Shown one piece after another: positions 16,654 through 33,861 of a stretch of 64,000 nt of DNA (the stretch's first letter is position 1; each line of letters opens with the position of its first letter). The notes beneath the pieces are model-generated. The model had not been told where the DNA came from. It was given only the letters and a program-made list of their open reading frames with translations, and made no database searches. Source of the stretch: Thermoplasmata archaeon (GTDB taxonomy: Archaea > Thermoplasmatota > E2 > JACPAO01 > JAHFTW01); the NCBI GenBank assembly GCA_034667725.1, contig JAXDQS010000010.1:64001-128000 (forward strand), in the 5' to 3' direction. The translations under genes and the position numbers were made by a program.

Positions 16654-17886
16654 ATGCTCCGCGCCGTGGCCGTTCTCCTTGTGGCCGTCCTCGTGGCGGC
16701 CCCCGGCCTCACGGTGGCCCAGTCTGGTCCCAGCGGCGGCCCCGACCGCCAGGACCGCGACCGGGACGGCGTGCCGGACAAGTCCGACAACTGCCCCGCC
16801 ATCGCCAACCCGGAGCAGAAGGACGCCGACGGCGACGGCAAGGGCGACGCGTGCAGCTCCCAGTGCAAGGATGGCGAAGGCCAGGACGGCAGGGCGTGCC
16901 GCGCCTGCAAGCCCGAGGCCAACCGCTCGTGCGACCTGCGCGGCCCGGGCGACCGCCGCTTCGTGACGCTCACCGTGGCGCCCGACGGCATCCAGGAGAT
17001 GCGCGTCGAGGGCCTCCTGGTCCTCAAGGCCGCCCGCCTGCTCGGCGGCACCCCGGTCCAGAGCGAGGCGCACGGCAAGGAGCTGGTGCTGCGCCAGGAC
17101 GGCGGCAAGATGGTCGTCGTCGACCAGCCCGAGGGCCTGCTGCGCTACCAAGGCGAGGCGGGCCTGCGGTTGGAGCTGCCCGACGGCGCCGAGGTCCGCC
17201 GCGACGGGCCCGGCGCCGCGGTGCGCATCGACGGCCGCGTCGCCATGGTGCGCGCCGACAACCTCACGCTCGACGGCACCGCCTTGGTGGTGCGCGGCGC
17301 CGCCTCGTTCCACCTCACCCCGGCCGGCAGCGAGGCGGGCCGGCGGCCCGAGGTCGAGCGCGCCATCCAGGACCGCCGGCTGGGCGCCGAGGTCGACGTC
17401 AAGCGCGGCGCCGACGGCGTCGAGGTCGTGGCCTACGACGAGCTGGAGGTCGAGGTCGAGGGCGCCGACGGCGGCGCTTCCGCGGCCGACCCGATCCGCA
17501 TCCAGGTGAGCGCCGAATTGGCGGCGGGCCGGACGGTCGTGGTCAACATCGACCCGGCCGTGCTGGAGGGCTCCCGCCTGGCGCTGCGCTACTACGACGT
17601 CAACGGCGAGGGCGCCGGCGAGACTCTGACGGAGGTCGTGTTCCGCAAGGCCGCCAGCCTGCAGGACGTCCTGGACGCGACGGACGACGCCGGCCAGCCC
17701 GAGTACTGGGTGGTCGAGGACGAGTCCGGCCTGCACGTCATGGTCAGCGTGCCGCACTGGAGCACGCACGTGTTCACCATCGCGGGCCTGGCGGAGCCGA
17801 CGGTGTTCGTCGGCCTGCTGGTGGGCGCCGCGGGCGTGCTGGTGGCGGCGGTGGCGCTGTTCGTGCCGCGGCGCAGGACCTGGTAG
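16654..17886 (+). CDS. Cell-surface protein with thrombospondin type-3 repeat and C-terminal TM
   Basis: [34 protein letters not shown]; signal peptide; TATA-like CTTATAG at 16624. Confidence 0.85.
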   Translation: MLRAVAVLLVAVLVAAPGLTVAQSGPSGGPDRQDRDRDGVPDKSDNCPAIANPEQKDADGDGKGDACSSQCKDGEGQDGRACRACKPEANRSCDLRGPGDRRFVTLTVAPDGIQEMRVEGLLVLKAARLLGGTPVQSEAHGKELVLRQDGGKMVVVDQPEGLLRYQGEAGLRLELPDGAEVRRDGPGAAVRIDGRVAMVRADNLTLDGTALVVRGAASFHLTPAGSEAGRRPEVERAIQDRRLGAEVDVKRGADGVEVVAYDELEVEVEGADGGASAADPIRIQVSAELAAGRTVVVNIDPAVLEGSRLALRYYDVNGEGAGETLTEVVFRKAASLQDVLDATDDAGQPEYWVVEDESGLHVMVSVPHWSTHVFTIAGLAEPTVFVGLLVGAAGVLVAAVALFVPRRRTW

Positions 17887-17887
17887 G

Positions 17888-18457
17888 TCAGGCGTCCGGC
17901 CCCTTCTTCTCCGGCGGCGCCAACGCCATCCACGCCTCGCTGAACCGGTCGACGGCGTCATCGACGAACGACGGCCGATACGTCACGAGGACGCCCGCGA
18001 CCCGCTCGCCGTCGACCACGAACAGGCGCTTCGTGCGCCCGGCCGACTCCTCGCGCACCAGGTTGGCCTTGCGGAGCTTGTTGAGGTGGAACGTCAGGGT
18101 GGGCCCCGACAGGCCGACGACCTCCTTCAGTTCCTTGGGAGTGGCGCCGGGGTTCAGGAGCAGGTGGGTGCAGATGTCGCGCGGCACCTTGTGGCGGACG
18201 TGGGCCAGGATGTCGCGGTCGCGCCGGTCCATGCCTTCGCCGGGGTAGAACGACTTGTAGGAGCCCTGCTCGCGCGTCAGCAGGTGACCGTGGCGCACCA
18301 GGTGGTAGCAGTGGTACTCCAGCGTGGACACCGGCATCTGGAGGGCTTCGGCCAACGCGCGCAGGTGCAGGCCCGGGCTGCCCTGGACGAAGGCGACGAT
18401 GCGCCGCCGCGCCTCCAGGTCCAGCACCGAGTCCGCGTCCGGGCCCACGGGGTTCAC
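17888..18457 (-). CDS. Double winged-HTH archaeal transcriptional regulator
   Basis: PGLHLRALAEALQMPVSTLEYH and PGATPKELKEVVGLSGPTLTFHL. Confidence 0.85.
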   Translation of the reverse strand: MNPVGPDADSVLDLEARRRIVAFVQGSPGLHLRALAEALQMPVSTLEYHCYHLVRHGHLLTREQGSYKSFYPGEGMDRRDRDILAHVRHKVPRDICTHLLLNPGATPKELKEVVGLSGPTLTFHLNKLRKANLVREESAGRTKRLFVVDGERVAGVLVTYRPSFVDDAVDRFSEAWMALAPPEKKGPDA

Positions 18458-18744
18458 CGCTTGAGGACGGCGACGTAGAGGCAGAGGACGATGCCCAGGT
18501 TGGCCAGCGCGAGGATGGGGAACTCGCCGGCGGCGCCCTCGGCCACGTCGGCGCGCCGCTGGTAGGCCAGCCACGCCAAGTAGGCGCCCTCGGCGGCAAA
18601 GCCCGCGAACGCGGCGCTGACCCAGAGCAGGCGGCCGGCCCGCAGGCGGCGCCACGCCACCACGCCGAGGACGGCCAAGAGCAGGGCGATGCCGCCGAGC
18701 AGGATGCCTGCGGCCACGGCGAGGTCGGCGGTCCAGTCGGCCAT
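18454..18744 (-). CDS. Small 3-TM membrane protein coupled to the regulator
   Basis: Hydrophobic ORF with GTGA overlap. Confidence 0.7.
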   Translation of the reverse strand: MADWTADLAVAAGILLGGIALLLAVLGVVAWRRLRAGRLLWVSAAFAGFAAEGAYLAWLAYQRRADVAEGAAGEFPILALANLGIVLCLYVAVLKR

Positions 18745-18767
18745 GGCGGGCGAGCCGGCCGCCGCGT

Positions 18768-19229
18768 CTAAACCGATTCGCCTTGGCCGCGCCGGGCCGA
18801 CAGCTCGGCCTGCAGCTTTTGGGCCAGGCGGCGGACGGCGTCGCCGGTGGCGGGCGGCAGCAGGAAACGCTCCGTGTTGGGGCAGTAGTCGGCGTCCAGC
18901 TCGGCGGCCCGCAAGGCGTCGTCCCAGACGGCGGGATAGAGCCGGCAGCCCTCGGGCCGGTCGGCGAACACGGTGCAGGCCCCGTCGGCGCCGAGGAACC
19001 AGCACGGCTTGCCGGCGCCGCCCGCGGCGGGCGGGCCTGACCGCGTCCGCAGCTGGAGATAGCCGTCGTCGGCCTGGAACCAGAAGTCCTCGCCGGGCCG
19101 GACGGCCTGAAGGCGGGCCAGGTCGGCGTCGGTCAGGATCATCTCGATGTCGTGGCAGCAGGCGCTGCACCCCAGGTCCCGGCACGGGTTCCCCTTGGCG
19201 GGGATGCTGGGCAGGACCGGGAGGCTCAT
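18768..19229 (-). CDS. YkgJ-family cysteine-cluster protein
   Basis: CRDLGCSACC...CWFL..CTVFADRPEGCRLYP. Confidence 0.85.
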   Translation of the reverse strand: MSLPVLPSIPAKGNPCRDLGCSACCHDIEMILTDADLARLQAVRPGEDFWFQADDGYLQLRTRSGPPAAGGAGKPCWFLGADGACTVFADRPEGCRLYPAVWDDALRAAELDADYCPNTERFLLPPATGDAVRRLAQKLQAELSARRGQGESV

Positions 19230-19717
19230 GGCTTGCCTGGCGCGAGGGTGATGCCGCGCTGGCCCTGGTAGTTGCCGGAGCGCTCGGCGTAGGGCTTGAC
19301 AGGCTCGGAGGCAAGGCCCTCGAGCACGAGCTGGCAGAAGCGGTCGCCGATGGAGACCTCCAGCGCCTGGTCGCTGGCGTTGAAGGCGCCCAGCGTAAGG
19401 TTGCCCTCGAAGCCGGCGTCCACCTTGCCGAAGGAGGCCAGGACACCGCGCCGGGCGTAGCTGGAGCGCAGCCACAGCGAGCCGGCGGCGTCGACGGGCA
19501 GCCGCACGACGGCGGCGGTGCCGACGACGAAGCGCGACATGGCTGGCACCGGGACGCGGCCGGCGCTGAAGGGCGACGCGGCCAACGCCGGCACCAGGAT
19601 GGAGCCGATGCGCAGGTCGAGCCCGTTGGGGGTCAAGTCCTCGGGGTGCCAGGGGACGGTGGCGAACCGGCCGTCCGCTTGGGCGGCCAGGATGTCGCGG
19701 TCGCTCCAGACGGCCAT
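19226..19717 (-). CDS. dcd: dCTP deaminase (dUTPase superfamily)
   Basis: PNGLDLR, RSSYARRG, VDAGFEGNLTL, DRFCQL, YQGQRG. Confidence 0.88.
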   Translation of the reverse strand: MAVWSDRDILAAQADGRFATVPWHPEDLTPNGLDLRIGSILVPALAASPFSAGRVPVPAMSRFVVGTAAVVRLPVDAAGSLWLRSSYARRGVLASFGKVDAGFEGNLTLGAFNASDQALEVSIGDRFCQLVLEGLASEPVKPYAERSGNYQGQRGITLAPGKP

Positions 19718-19809
19718 GCCTGCTCGACTGGGGAGGGGGATTTCAAGGTGGCTGAGGGAGCCAGACGGAAAAACGAAGGGAAGAGGGGGGAAGGGAACTG
19801 CTACTACGC

Positions 19810-20613
19810 TTAGTTCGCGGTGTAGGCCGGGACCGGGCCGCCGCAGGCCGTCAGGCTCGCGTCGGTGGTGGGGTCGCCGGCGGTGGTGCCACCGTTGTAG
19901 GTAGCGGCCGTGTAGGTGCCGAAGGTGTTCGGGGTGACGTCCTGGGAGGGGAAGCCCGAGACGTGGCCGCTGAACATCGTGTAGTAGTACTGCTCGTCGT
20001 AGACGAACGCCGTGCCGGTGCTGCCGCAGTCGTTCAGGAACTTGACGTCGCCAGCGGGGGTGCCGTTGGGGAGCGGGAAGATGCTGACGGGGCCCTGCAT
20101 CGTGATCTGGGTCCACTTGCGGGCAACGGTGGCGATGGTCGGCTGGGTGTCCGTGGCCGTGGTCTTGCACGCGCCGCCGTTGTACGCGCTGAAGGCGCCG
20201 TTCGAGCGGGAGGCGGTGGCGGAGCAGGGGTTGCCGGTGAAGCCGGGGTTCATGCTGCACAGGCCGCCGAAGCCCGCGTGGCCGGGGCCCGTCAGGACAT
20301 CGGTGTTCTGCTCGCAGACCGTGAAGCCGAAGATGCCGTCGCCGGCGTCCCAGGCGGGGGCGTCGGTGCAGAGGCCGTCGATGATGCCGTCAAGCAGGGG
20401 GTCGATGCCGTACAGGTTGCGGATGACCGGACACAGGAGGCCGGAGTTGGTCAAGGGGTCCTGGTCGGGGAAGCTCACGCCGACGCGCGAGGTCCAGGCG
20501 TGCGGGTTGTTGATGTCCAGGGTGCCGGTGCCGACGATGTGGTAGGCGTTGGTCGGGACGGCCATGGCCACGAAGACCAGGGCGATGCCGCCAGCGATCA
20601 TTTTGCTGTTCAT
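19810..20613 (-). CDS. Secreted Cys/Thr/Gly-rich protein
   Basis: Signal peptide MNSKMIAGGIALVFVAMAVPTNA; eight Cys; strongly host-biased codons. Confidence 0.75.
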   Translation of the reverse strand: MNSKMIAGGIALVFVAMAVPTNAYHIVGTGTLDINNPHAWTSRVGVSFPDQDPLTNSGLLCPVIRNLYGIDPLLDGIIDGLCTDAPAWDAGDGIFGFTVCEQNTDVLTGPGHAGFGGLCSMNPGFTGNPCSATASRSNGAFSAYNGGACKTTATDTQPTIATVARKWTQITMQGPVSIFPLPNGTPAGDVKFLNDCGSTGTAFVYDEQYYYTMFSGHVSGFPSQDVTPNTFGTYTAATYNGGTTAGDPTTDASLTACGGPVPAYTAN

Positions 20614-20831
20614 TGTGTTCACCAAGTTGCCCGGCCGCCAACGGAGTCCGCCGGCGGCCAAGCTGGGCCGGACGAAACCCGGCTCCGGTTGAAGCCTTGC
20701 GGCCCATCTGGGAACGCCGTGTAGCCGAAATGGAGCCACGTTGGGCGGCGGCCGGCACGGCCCCCAGCCTTGCCTTCGGGCCCCCCGGCATTCCAGGGCC
20801 GCACGGGCCATGAGGACGGGCATCGCCAACC

Positions 20832-21350
20832 CTAGGCCAGCGTGAGCTGGAGCGTGACGGTGAGGGTGTCCCAGGTGCTGCCGGGCACCAGGGAGCAGGC
20901 CTTCAGGACGTACAGGTCCAGCCTGGGGTAGGCCAGGAGGCGTGGCGGGTCGATGCTGCCGGCGGGCGGGGCGCACTCGACGGCGACGGAGGTCCAGGTG
21001 GCGTCGCCGTCCGAGACGGTGACCTCGGTGGGCATGCCCCTGCCATGGCCGAAGCCGCCGGCCAGGATGACGGGGCCTTCCATCGCGGCGCTGGTGGCGC
21101 CGACGAGGCATTGGTTCAGGATGACCATGTTCAGGACCGGGTACACCACAGCGGCCGGGCGGCTGCCGGTGCCCTCGATGGGGTAGCAGACCTGCTCGCC
21201 TTGCGACGTCCACACGGTCTGGACCGCGGTCTGGACCGTCAACGCGACATCCTCCCAGTAGGAGCTTCCGTAGGTGGCAGCGGCGGGGGCCGGGCCGCAG
21301 GCAACAAGGACGAGGCCCGCGGTGACCCAGGCCAAGGTTCGGACGGTCAT
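20832..21350 (-). CDS. Secreted hypothetical protein
   Basis: Signal-like N-terminus; beta-rich with Cys. Confidence 0.6.
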   Translation of the reverse strand: MTVRTLAWVTAGLVLVACGPAPAAATYGSSYWEDVALTVQTAVQTVWTSQGEQVCYPIEGTGSRPAAVVYPVLNMVILNQCLVGATSAAMEGPVILAGGFGHGRGMPTEVTVSDGDATWTSVAVECAPPAGSIDPPRLLAYPRLDLYVLKACSLVPGSTWDTLTVTLQLTLA

Positions 21351-21420
21351 GGACAGCCATGCCAGGTTGCAGGGCCTACGCAACCTGACGCCACGTTTCC
21401 CGATTGCCGAACCGCGTGCG

Positions 21421-21918
21421 CTACTTCGCCGGCGGCGGCGCCATGGCCGCGACCTCTTGCCGCAGCAGGATCCGGTAGTCCTTGAAGCCCAGCTTGCGGT
21501 AGATCGCCTGGGCCTCCTTGTTGTTCTCGAACAACTGGACGTCGATGGCGGTGATGCCCTCGGCCTTGCACCACTTCTGCAACTCGTCCATGAACTGGCG
21601 CAGGATGCCCTTGCCGCGGTGGCTGTCCGTCACGAACGCGTCCGACAGGTAGCCGACCTTGGTGTGGTGGTAGATGGGCGGGCGGCGCTGCTTGGTCGCG
21701 ATCAGATAGCCCACCAGCTTGCCCTCGTCCTCGGCCACGATGGTCAAGGTGTCCTTGCGCGACAGCAGCCCCGTGGCGTACGCGAAGAAGTAGTCGGCGG
21801 CGTCCTCGTTGAGGATCTTCGAGTGGGTCAAGCCCTCCCGCATGCGCGCGAACTCCGCCCACAGCTTGCACAGCCCGTCCACGTCGTCGTCGCCCAGCTT
21901 CCGGATTCTGGCCACCAT
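21421..21918 (-). CDS. GNAT acetyltransferase
   Basis: FVTDSHRGKGI motif A; NKEAQAIYRKLGF. Confidence 0.9.
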   Translation of the reverse strand: MVARIRKLGDDDVDGLCKLWAEFARMREGLTHSKILNEDAADYFFAYATGLLSRKDTLTIVAEDEGKLVGYLIATKQRRPPIYHHTKVGYLSDAFVTDSHRGKGILRQFMDELQKWCKAEGITAIDVQLFENNKEAQAIYRKLGFKDYRILLRQEVAAMAPPPAK

Positions 21919-22024
21919 GGCTGCCGCCGCGCGGGCCACCGCATGACGGTCTTCAAGGCATCGCATCCCGTCTTTCATGCAGAAAAGGCCCACCCAGCAA
22001 TCCTCAAGTACCGGGCCCGGCACC

Positions 22025-22282
22025 ATGGCCCCCATGGAAGAGCAGCTCGCCCGCGTGGAGATCCTGCGCAACAAGAACGGCACCTTCGCGGCCGTCATCT
22101 GGACCGAGACCGAGGGCGACAAGGAGCTCACCTCCAAGACGCTGGAGGCCCTGTTCCGCGAGCTCACCATGGACCTGGAGTTCGCCGTCGGCGAGCACCA
22201 GCGCGAGGGCCGCGGCGTCGAGTTCAGCGCCGAGGAAGAGTTCGAGAACCTGCAGTACGCGCAGGAATGGGAACAGCAGTAG
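22025..22282 (+). CDS. Small acidic hypothetical protein
   Basis: Host-like codon bias; TATA-like TCAAGTA upstream. Confidence 0.7.
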   Translation: MAPMEEQLARVEILRNKNGTFAAVIWTETEGDKELTSKTLEALFRELTMDLEFAVGEHQREGRGVEFSAEEEFENLQYAQEWEQQ

Positions 22283-22440
22283 GACGCGCTGCGCGCGCCT
22301 CCTGGCTTGTCCACCCTGGCGCGCGCCTGCAACTTCCGCTCGCTGCGCTCGCTGGCCGCCCGTCCCTGCGGGCCGGGCGTCCAAACCTGCAGTACCCGCA
22401 GCGGATGGCCTGGTGGCATCCGACGGAGCAAGGGTCCTTC

Positions 22441-22552
22441 GGGCCCCGTACCCCTCGACGACGAGGGGGCCGCTCCTCGCGCCGGCGCGCCGCTTCGCGC
22501 GCGGGCCGGCACGCTCGTCCTGTGCGCTCACGCGCATGGCGGCCCCCGGCCC
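22441..22552 (+). repeat. Dispersed ~120-bp REP/MITE-like repeat, copy 1
   Basis: GGGGGCCGCTCCTCGCGCCGGCGCGCCGCT...GGCGGCCCCCGGCC, also at 45030 and inverted at 63859. Confidence 0.85.
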
Positions 22553-22554
22553 TG

Positions 22555-22899
22555 CTAGGATGGCCTGAACCTGAGCGCGCTCCAGACCTCGTCGATGGCG
22601 ATGTTGCGCACGGCCTGGATGCCGTCGGCCAAGAGCGCGTCGTGGACGACGTCGCGGTTGAGGTCGGTGCCCAGTTGGCCGGCCTTGGGGTAGGCGACCC
22701 AGGCCAGGTCGTCGCGGGTCGCCGCCGCCACCACGGGCCCTTTGTGTTTCTGCAGTTCCGCCATGTCTTGGACGAACAGCAGCACCGCGTCGCCGGGCTT
22801 CGGCGCCTTGGTGGCGGGGGCGTCGAGCGTGAAGCCCTTGGGCGCGTTCAGCACCGCGACCTTCTGCGCCTTGAGGTTCAGCTTCTGGGCCAGCAGCAT
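22555..22899 (-). CDS. DUF3052-like protein
   Basis: WVAYPK..TDLNRD..AIDEVWSALRFR. Confidence 0.7.
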   Translation of the reverse strand: MLLAQKLNLKAQKVAVLNAPKGFTLDAPATKAPKPGDAVLLFVQDMAELQKHKGPVVAAATRDDLAWVAYPKAGQLGTDLNRDVVHDALLADGIQAVRNIAIDEVWSALRFRPS

Positions 22900-22964
22900 C
22901 GCCCCGCGCAACCCGCCGGCGCATATGAGCAAAGTCCAAGACCTCTCCCGCAAGGCCAGGGGCC

Positions 22965-23495
22965 GTGGCTGGGCTGCCCATCGCCAACAACGAGGACCTG
23001 GCGACCTGCCGGGCCTGCGGCGGGCAGTGCTGCAAGACGCTCCCGGGCGCCTACCTGCCGGACCAGCTCACCGACGACCAGCTCGCGGACGGCCTGCGCG
23101 CCGGCCGCCTGGTGCTGGCTTGGTGGGACGGCGACCCGCGGCCGGGGAAGCACTGCTTCGACGTGGATTGCGATGGCGGCTGCCCGCGTTGCCAGGACCC
23201 GGAGCGGCTGCGGCGGGCCTACTACGTGCGCCCCCGCAACGCCAACAGCAAGCCTGGTCCCTTCGACCCGACTGCCCAAGGCGTGTGCACGCTGCTGGGT
23301 CCCATGGGCTGCACGCTGCCGTTCGCGGCCCGGCCGGCGGGCTGCCAGAACCTGCTCGTGAACCGGGCCAGCCCGGGGGATTGCCACGACTACGCGGTGC
23401 CGGCCAAGTCGTTCAAGCACCACGCGGCGCTCGCGTGGGTGCCCCATCAGGAGAAGCTGCTGCGGCTGGCGAACAAGGCCGCGCCGGCGTGCTAG
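22965..23495 (+). CDS. Cys-cluster protein (YkgJ-like)
   Basis: CRACGGQCC...CTLLGPMGCTLPFAARPAGC. Confidence 0.7.
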   Translation: MAGLPIANNEDLATCRACGGQCCKTLPGAYLPDQLTDDQLADGLRAGRLVLAWWDGDPRPGKHCFDVDCDGGCPRCQDPERLRRAYYVRPRNANSKPGPFDPTAQGVCTLLGPMGCTLPFAARPAGCQNLLVNRASPGDCHDYAVPAKSFKHHAALAWVPHQEKLLRLANKAAPAC

Positions 23496-23890
23496 CGAAT
23501 CCGGCCGAAGCGCCCCGCCTCGGTCTCCATGTCGTTGAGGATCTTGCGGATGGAGTCGGTGCGTGCCGGCTTGGGCAGGAACGCGAACGCCCCCGAGCTG
23601 ACGCCGTCGACCACCTTGGGGTCGTTGGCCGGGAGGCCGGTCACCAGGATGATGCGGGCGTTGGGCTGGATCTCCAGCATCTGGCGCAGCACGTCCAGGC
23701 CGCTCTCGCCGGAGCCGAGCATGATGTCCAGGAAGACCGCGTCCGGCTTCTTCTCGCGGAACGAGGTCAGGGCGCTCTTGGCGTCGGTCGCCTCGACGAT
23801 GTCGGTCGCGCCGCGCGCCGCCTGCCGGATCGCGGCCGCCAGCCCCAAACGGATGGTGGGGGAGTCGTCCACAAGCAGGTACCTGGCCAC
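23492..23890 (-). CDS. Stand-alone response regulator (REC)
   Basis: LLVDD, FLDIML, ILVTG, FLPKP. Confidence 0.9.
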   Translation of the reverse strand: MARYLLVDDSPTIRLGLAAAIRQAARGATDIVEATDAKSALTSFREKKPDAVFLDIMLGSGESGLDVLRQMLEIQPNARIILVTGLPANDPKVVDGVSSGAFAFLPKPARTDSIRKILNDMETEAGRFGRIR

Positions 23891-23954
23891 GCGATCCGGA
23901 ACCCCTGGATGCTGAAAGGGTTGCGGGCCTCGTCCAAGCCCGCGTCTTGAGGAC

Positions 23955-27068
<3,114 letters not shown>

Positions 27069-27120
27069 CCCAAGGTATAGATGCTTTGCGGGCCGTCTGC
27101 CAAATAGGCTGACCCTTCGA

Positions 27121-31778
<4,658 letters not shown>

Positions 31779-31782
<4 letters not shown>

Positions 31783-32114
31783 TCGACGAAGCCACCCTCC
31801 GCCAGCTCATCGACGACATGGGCGGCGACATGGAGGTGGTGCGCGAATTGATGCAGAGCTTCCTGGAGGAGGCCCCCAAGCTCATCGCGGAAGGCCGCCA
31901 AGCGGCCGGCGCCAACGACGCGCCCACGCTCCAGCGCGCGCTGCACACCCTCAAGTCCACCGCTGCCACCTTCGGCGCGTTGCAGCTCTCCACCGCCTCA
32001 AAGAACATCGAGCACGCGGCGCGCGCCGGCACCATCGCGACCCCAGCCCAGCTCGACGAGGTCGACCGGCTCTGGGCCGCCACCAAGCCCCAGCTCCTGC
32101 AACGGATCGGCTAA
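31779..32114 (+). CDS. HPt phosphotransfer protein
   Basis: ALHTLKSTAATFGA; ATGA-coupled to the kinase. Confidence 0.9.
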
Positions 32115-33088
32115 GGCGAGCCAGGCTCGGCGTCGCGGCCGCGCCGCTCCAGGATCAAGTCCAGGATCTTCTCCGGGTCGTCGAGCCGATGCAGCTCGGT
32201 GCGCGACACCACGGGCATCCCCTCGATGGTGGTGCGGGTGGTGCGCTCGATCACGAAGAAGCCCGGCCGCTCCAGCACCCGGCTGACGCTGTGCACGACG
32301 CGGGCACGGCGGCGCAGCGCCGGCGAGTCGGAGCCGATGCCGGTCAGGAACGTCTCGCCGCCCTCCTGGGAGATGGCGTTGAACGGGCTGCGCCGGGTGG
32401 CGTGCACCTCGTAGCCGAGGGCCTGCAGCATCCGGGTCACCATCTCCTCCATCGGGTCGCCGCCCTGCGCCGGCTCGGGGGCGGGCGGGCTGAACGCGGC
32501 CGGGTCGAAGGCGGCGAACGGCTCCAGCGGCCGGATGAGCTCGCTCTGGAGGAACGCCTCCAGCCGCATCGCGGCCTCGATGCTCGCGCTCATGCCCTCC
32601 TCGTACATCTGGATGGCACGGCGCGACACGCCCGCCACCTGGGCGAGGCTGCCAAGGCTGAGTTGCGCCTCCTCGCGGGCACGCCGCAGCGCCTCGGCGT
32701 CCAGGCGGACGTAGAAGCCGCCGGGGGCCGCGAACACCACGGGCGCGTCACCGTCAAGGAGGTAGCCGGCCAGCGTGCCGGGCGTCATGATGGGAAGGTC
32801 ATGGCGGGCATAGACCACGCCGTCCTCCAACGGCCCGTTGCCGGCGCGGACGCCCACCAGAAGGGGCCGGGCCTCCAGGAACTTGCACAGGACCTTCATC
32901 TCGTGGGCGATGGCGTCGGACAGGGCGTCGACGTTGGCCAGCGCCTTGACCACCAGCAGGTCGCGGTCGCGCCGCGCCACCAGGTCGAAGCTCACCGGCC
33001 GCAGGTCGCAGCGCTCGCTGACGGCGAAGCCGGCGCGGGCAAGCACGAGGCGCACTTGCTCGATGAGGTCGGTGCGGCCGGCGCCCAC
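32111..33088 (-). CDS. Archaeal HTH transcriptional regulator (COG1395-like)
   Basis: SFDLVARR, APGGFYV, Cro-type HTH LSLGSLAQVAGVSRRAIQMYE. Confidence 0.85.
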   Translation of the reverse strand: MGAGRTDLIEQVRLVLARAGFAVSERCDLRPVSFDLVARRDRDLLVVKALANVDALSDAIAHEMKVLCKFLEARPLLVGVRAGNGPLEDGVVYARHDLPIMTPGTLAGYLLDGDAPVVFAAPGGFYVRLDAEALRRAREEAQLSLGSLAQVAGVSRRAIQMYEEGMSASIEAAMRLEAFLQSELIRPLEPFAAFDPAAFSPPAPEPAQGGDPMEEMVTRMLQALGYEVHATRRSPFNAISQEGGETFLTGIGSDSPALRRRARVVHSVSRVLERPGFFVIERTTRTTIEGMPVVSRTELHRLDDPEKILDLILERRGRDAEPGSP

Positions 33089-33226
33089 AAGGCGAACACT
33101 TGGTGAAACTTCTATAAGGACTTTGTTTGGAACCGGTTCTGTGTCAAATCGTGGCGCGGCCGCCTAGCCCTCTGTTCCACAATCGCGCGACGGTCCTTAA
33201 GTAGCCGGAGGAAGCCACACGCGGGT

Positions 33227-33541
33227 ATGCGGAAGACCCTCTCCCCGACGGCGCTGGCGGTCTGCCTGGCCCTGTTCACGGCGCTCTCCTGGGCCGCGGT
33301 CGCCGCGGAGGCGTACTTCTTCGGCGGCCTCTCGGTCTTGAGCCTCGCCCCGGCCGTGATGTTCACCACCTGCCTCGTGGTCCTGCCGTTCCTGGGCGGC
33401 ATCCGGGTCACCGCGCAAGGCCTCCAGCACGCCTTGATGTGCCAAGCCTGCGGCGCCGTCACGCTGCCCCACCCCCGCATCGCGTTCTGCCTCCGGTGCG
33501 GCGCCTACCCGAAGGCCAGCGCGACCCCTGCCCAGCGGTAG
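33227..33541 (+). CDS. Small membrane protein with C-terminal zinc ribbon
   Basis: 2 TM, then CQAC...CLRC. Confidence 0.65.
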   Translation: MRKTLSPTALAVCLALFTALSWAAVAAEAYFFGGLSVLSLAPAVMFTTCLVVLPFLGGIRVTAQGLQHALMCQACGAVTLPHPRIAFCLRCGAYPKASATPAQR

Positions 33542-33587
33542 GCCGCGAACAGAATCCCTTAGAAGGCGGAACGGCCGCCAGACCCTC

Positions 33588-33860
33588 GTGGGCACGAGCG
33601 GGACCGTCACGGGCACCCTGTTGGCCTTGACCCTGGCCACCGTCGGGCTGACGGCATGGGAAGCCGCCGAGCACGGCATGACGCCGCTGGCCTTCGTGCC
33701 GGCCGGCCTCCTGGTCGCCATCCTGCTTGCCTGGCCGTTCCTCAACGGCTGGCGCCCGTGGACGGCGCCGGGCCGGAGGTGGCTCAGCTGCGGCGGCTGC
33801 GGCACCCAGTGGCGGCCCGCGGACGAGGGCGGGCTGACGCGCTGCCCGGTCTGCACCTGA
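33588..33860 (+). CDS. Small membrane protein with C-terminal zinc ribbon
   Basis: 2 TM, then CGGC...CPVC. Confidence 0.6.
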   Translation: MGTSGTVTGTLLALTLATVGLTAWEAAEHGMTPLAFVPAGLLVAILLAWPFLNGWRPWTAPGRRWLSCGGCGTQWRPADEGGLTRCPVCT

Positions 33861-33861
33861 C

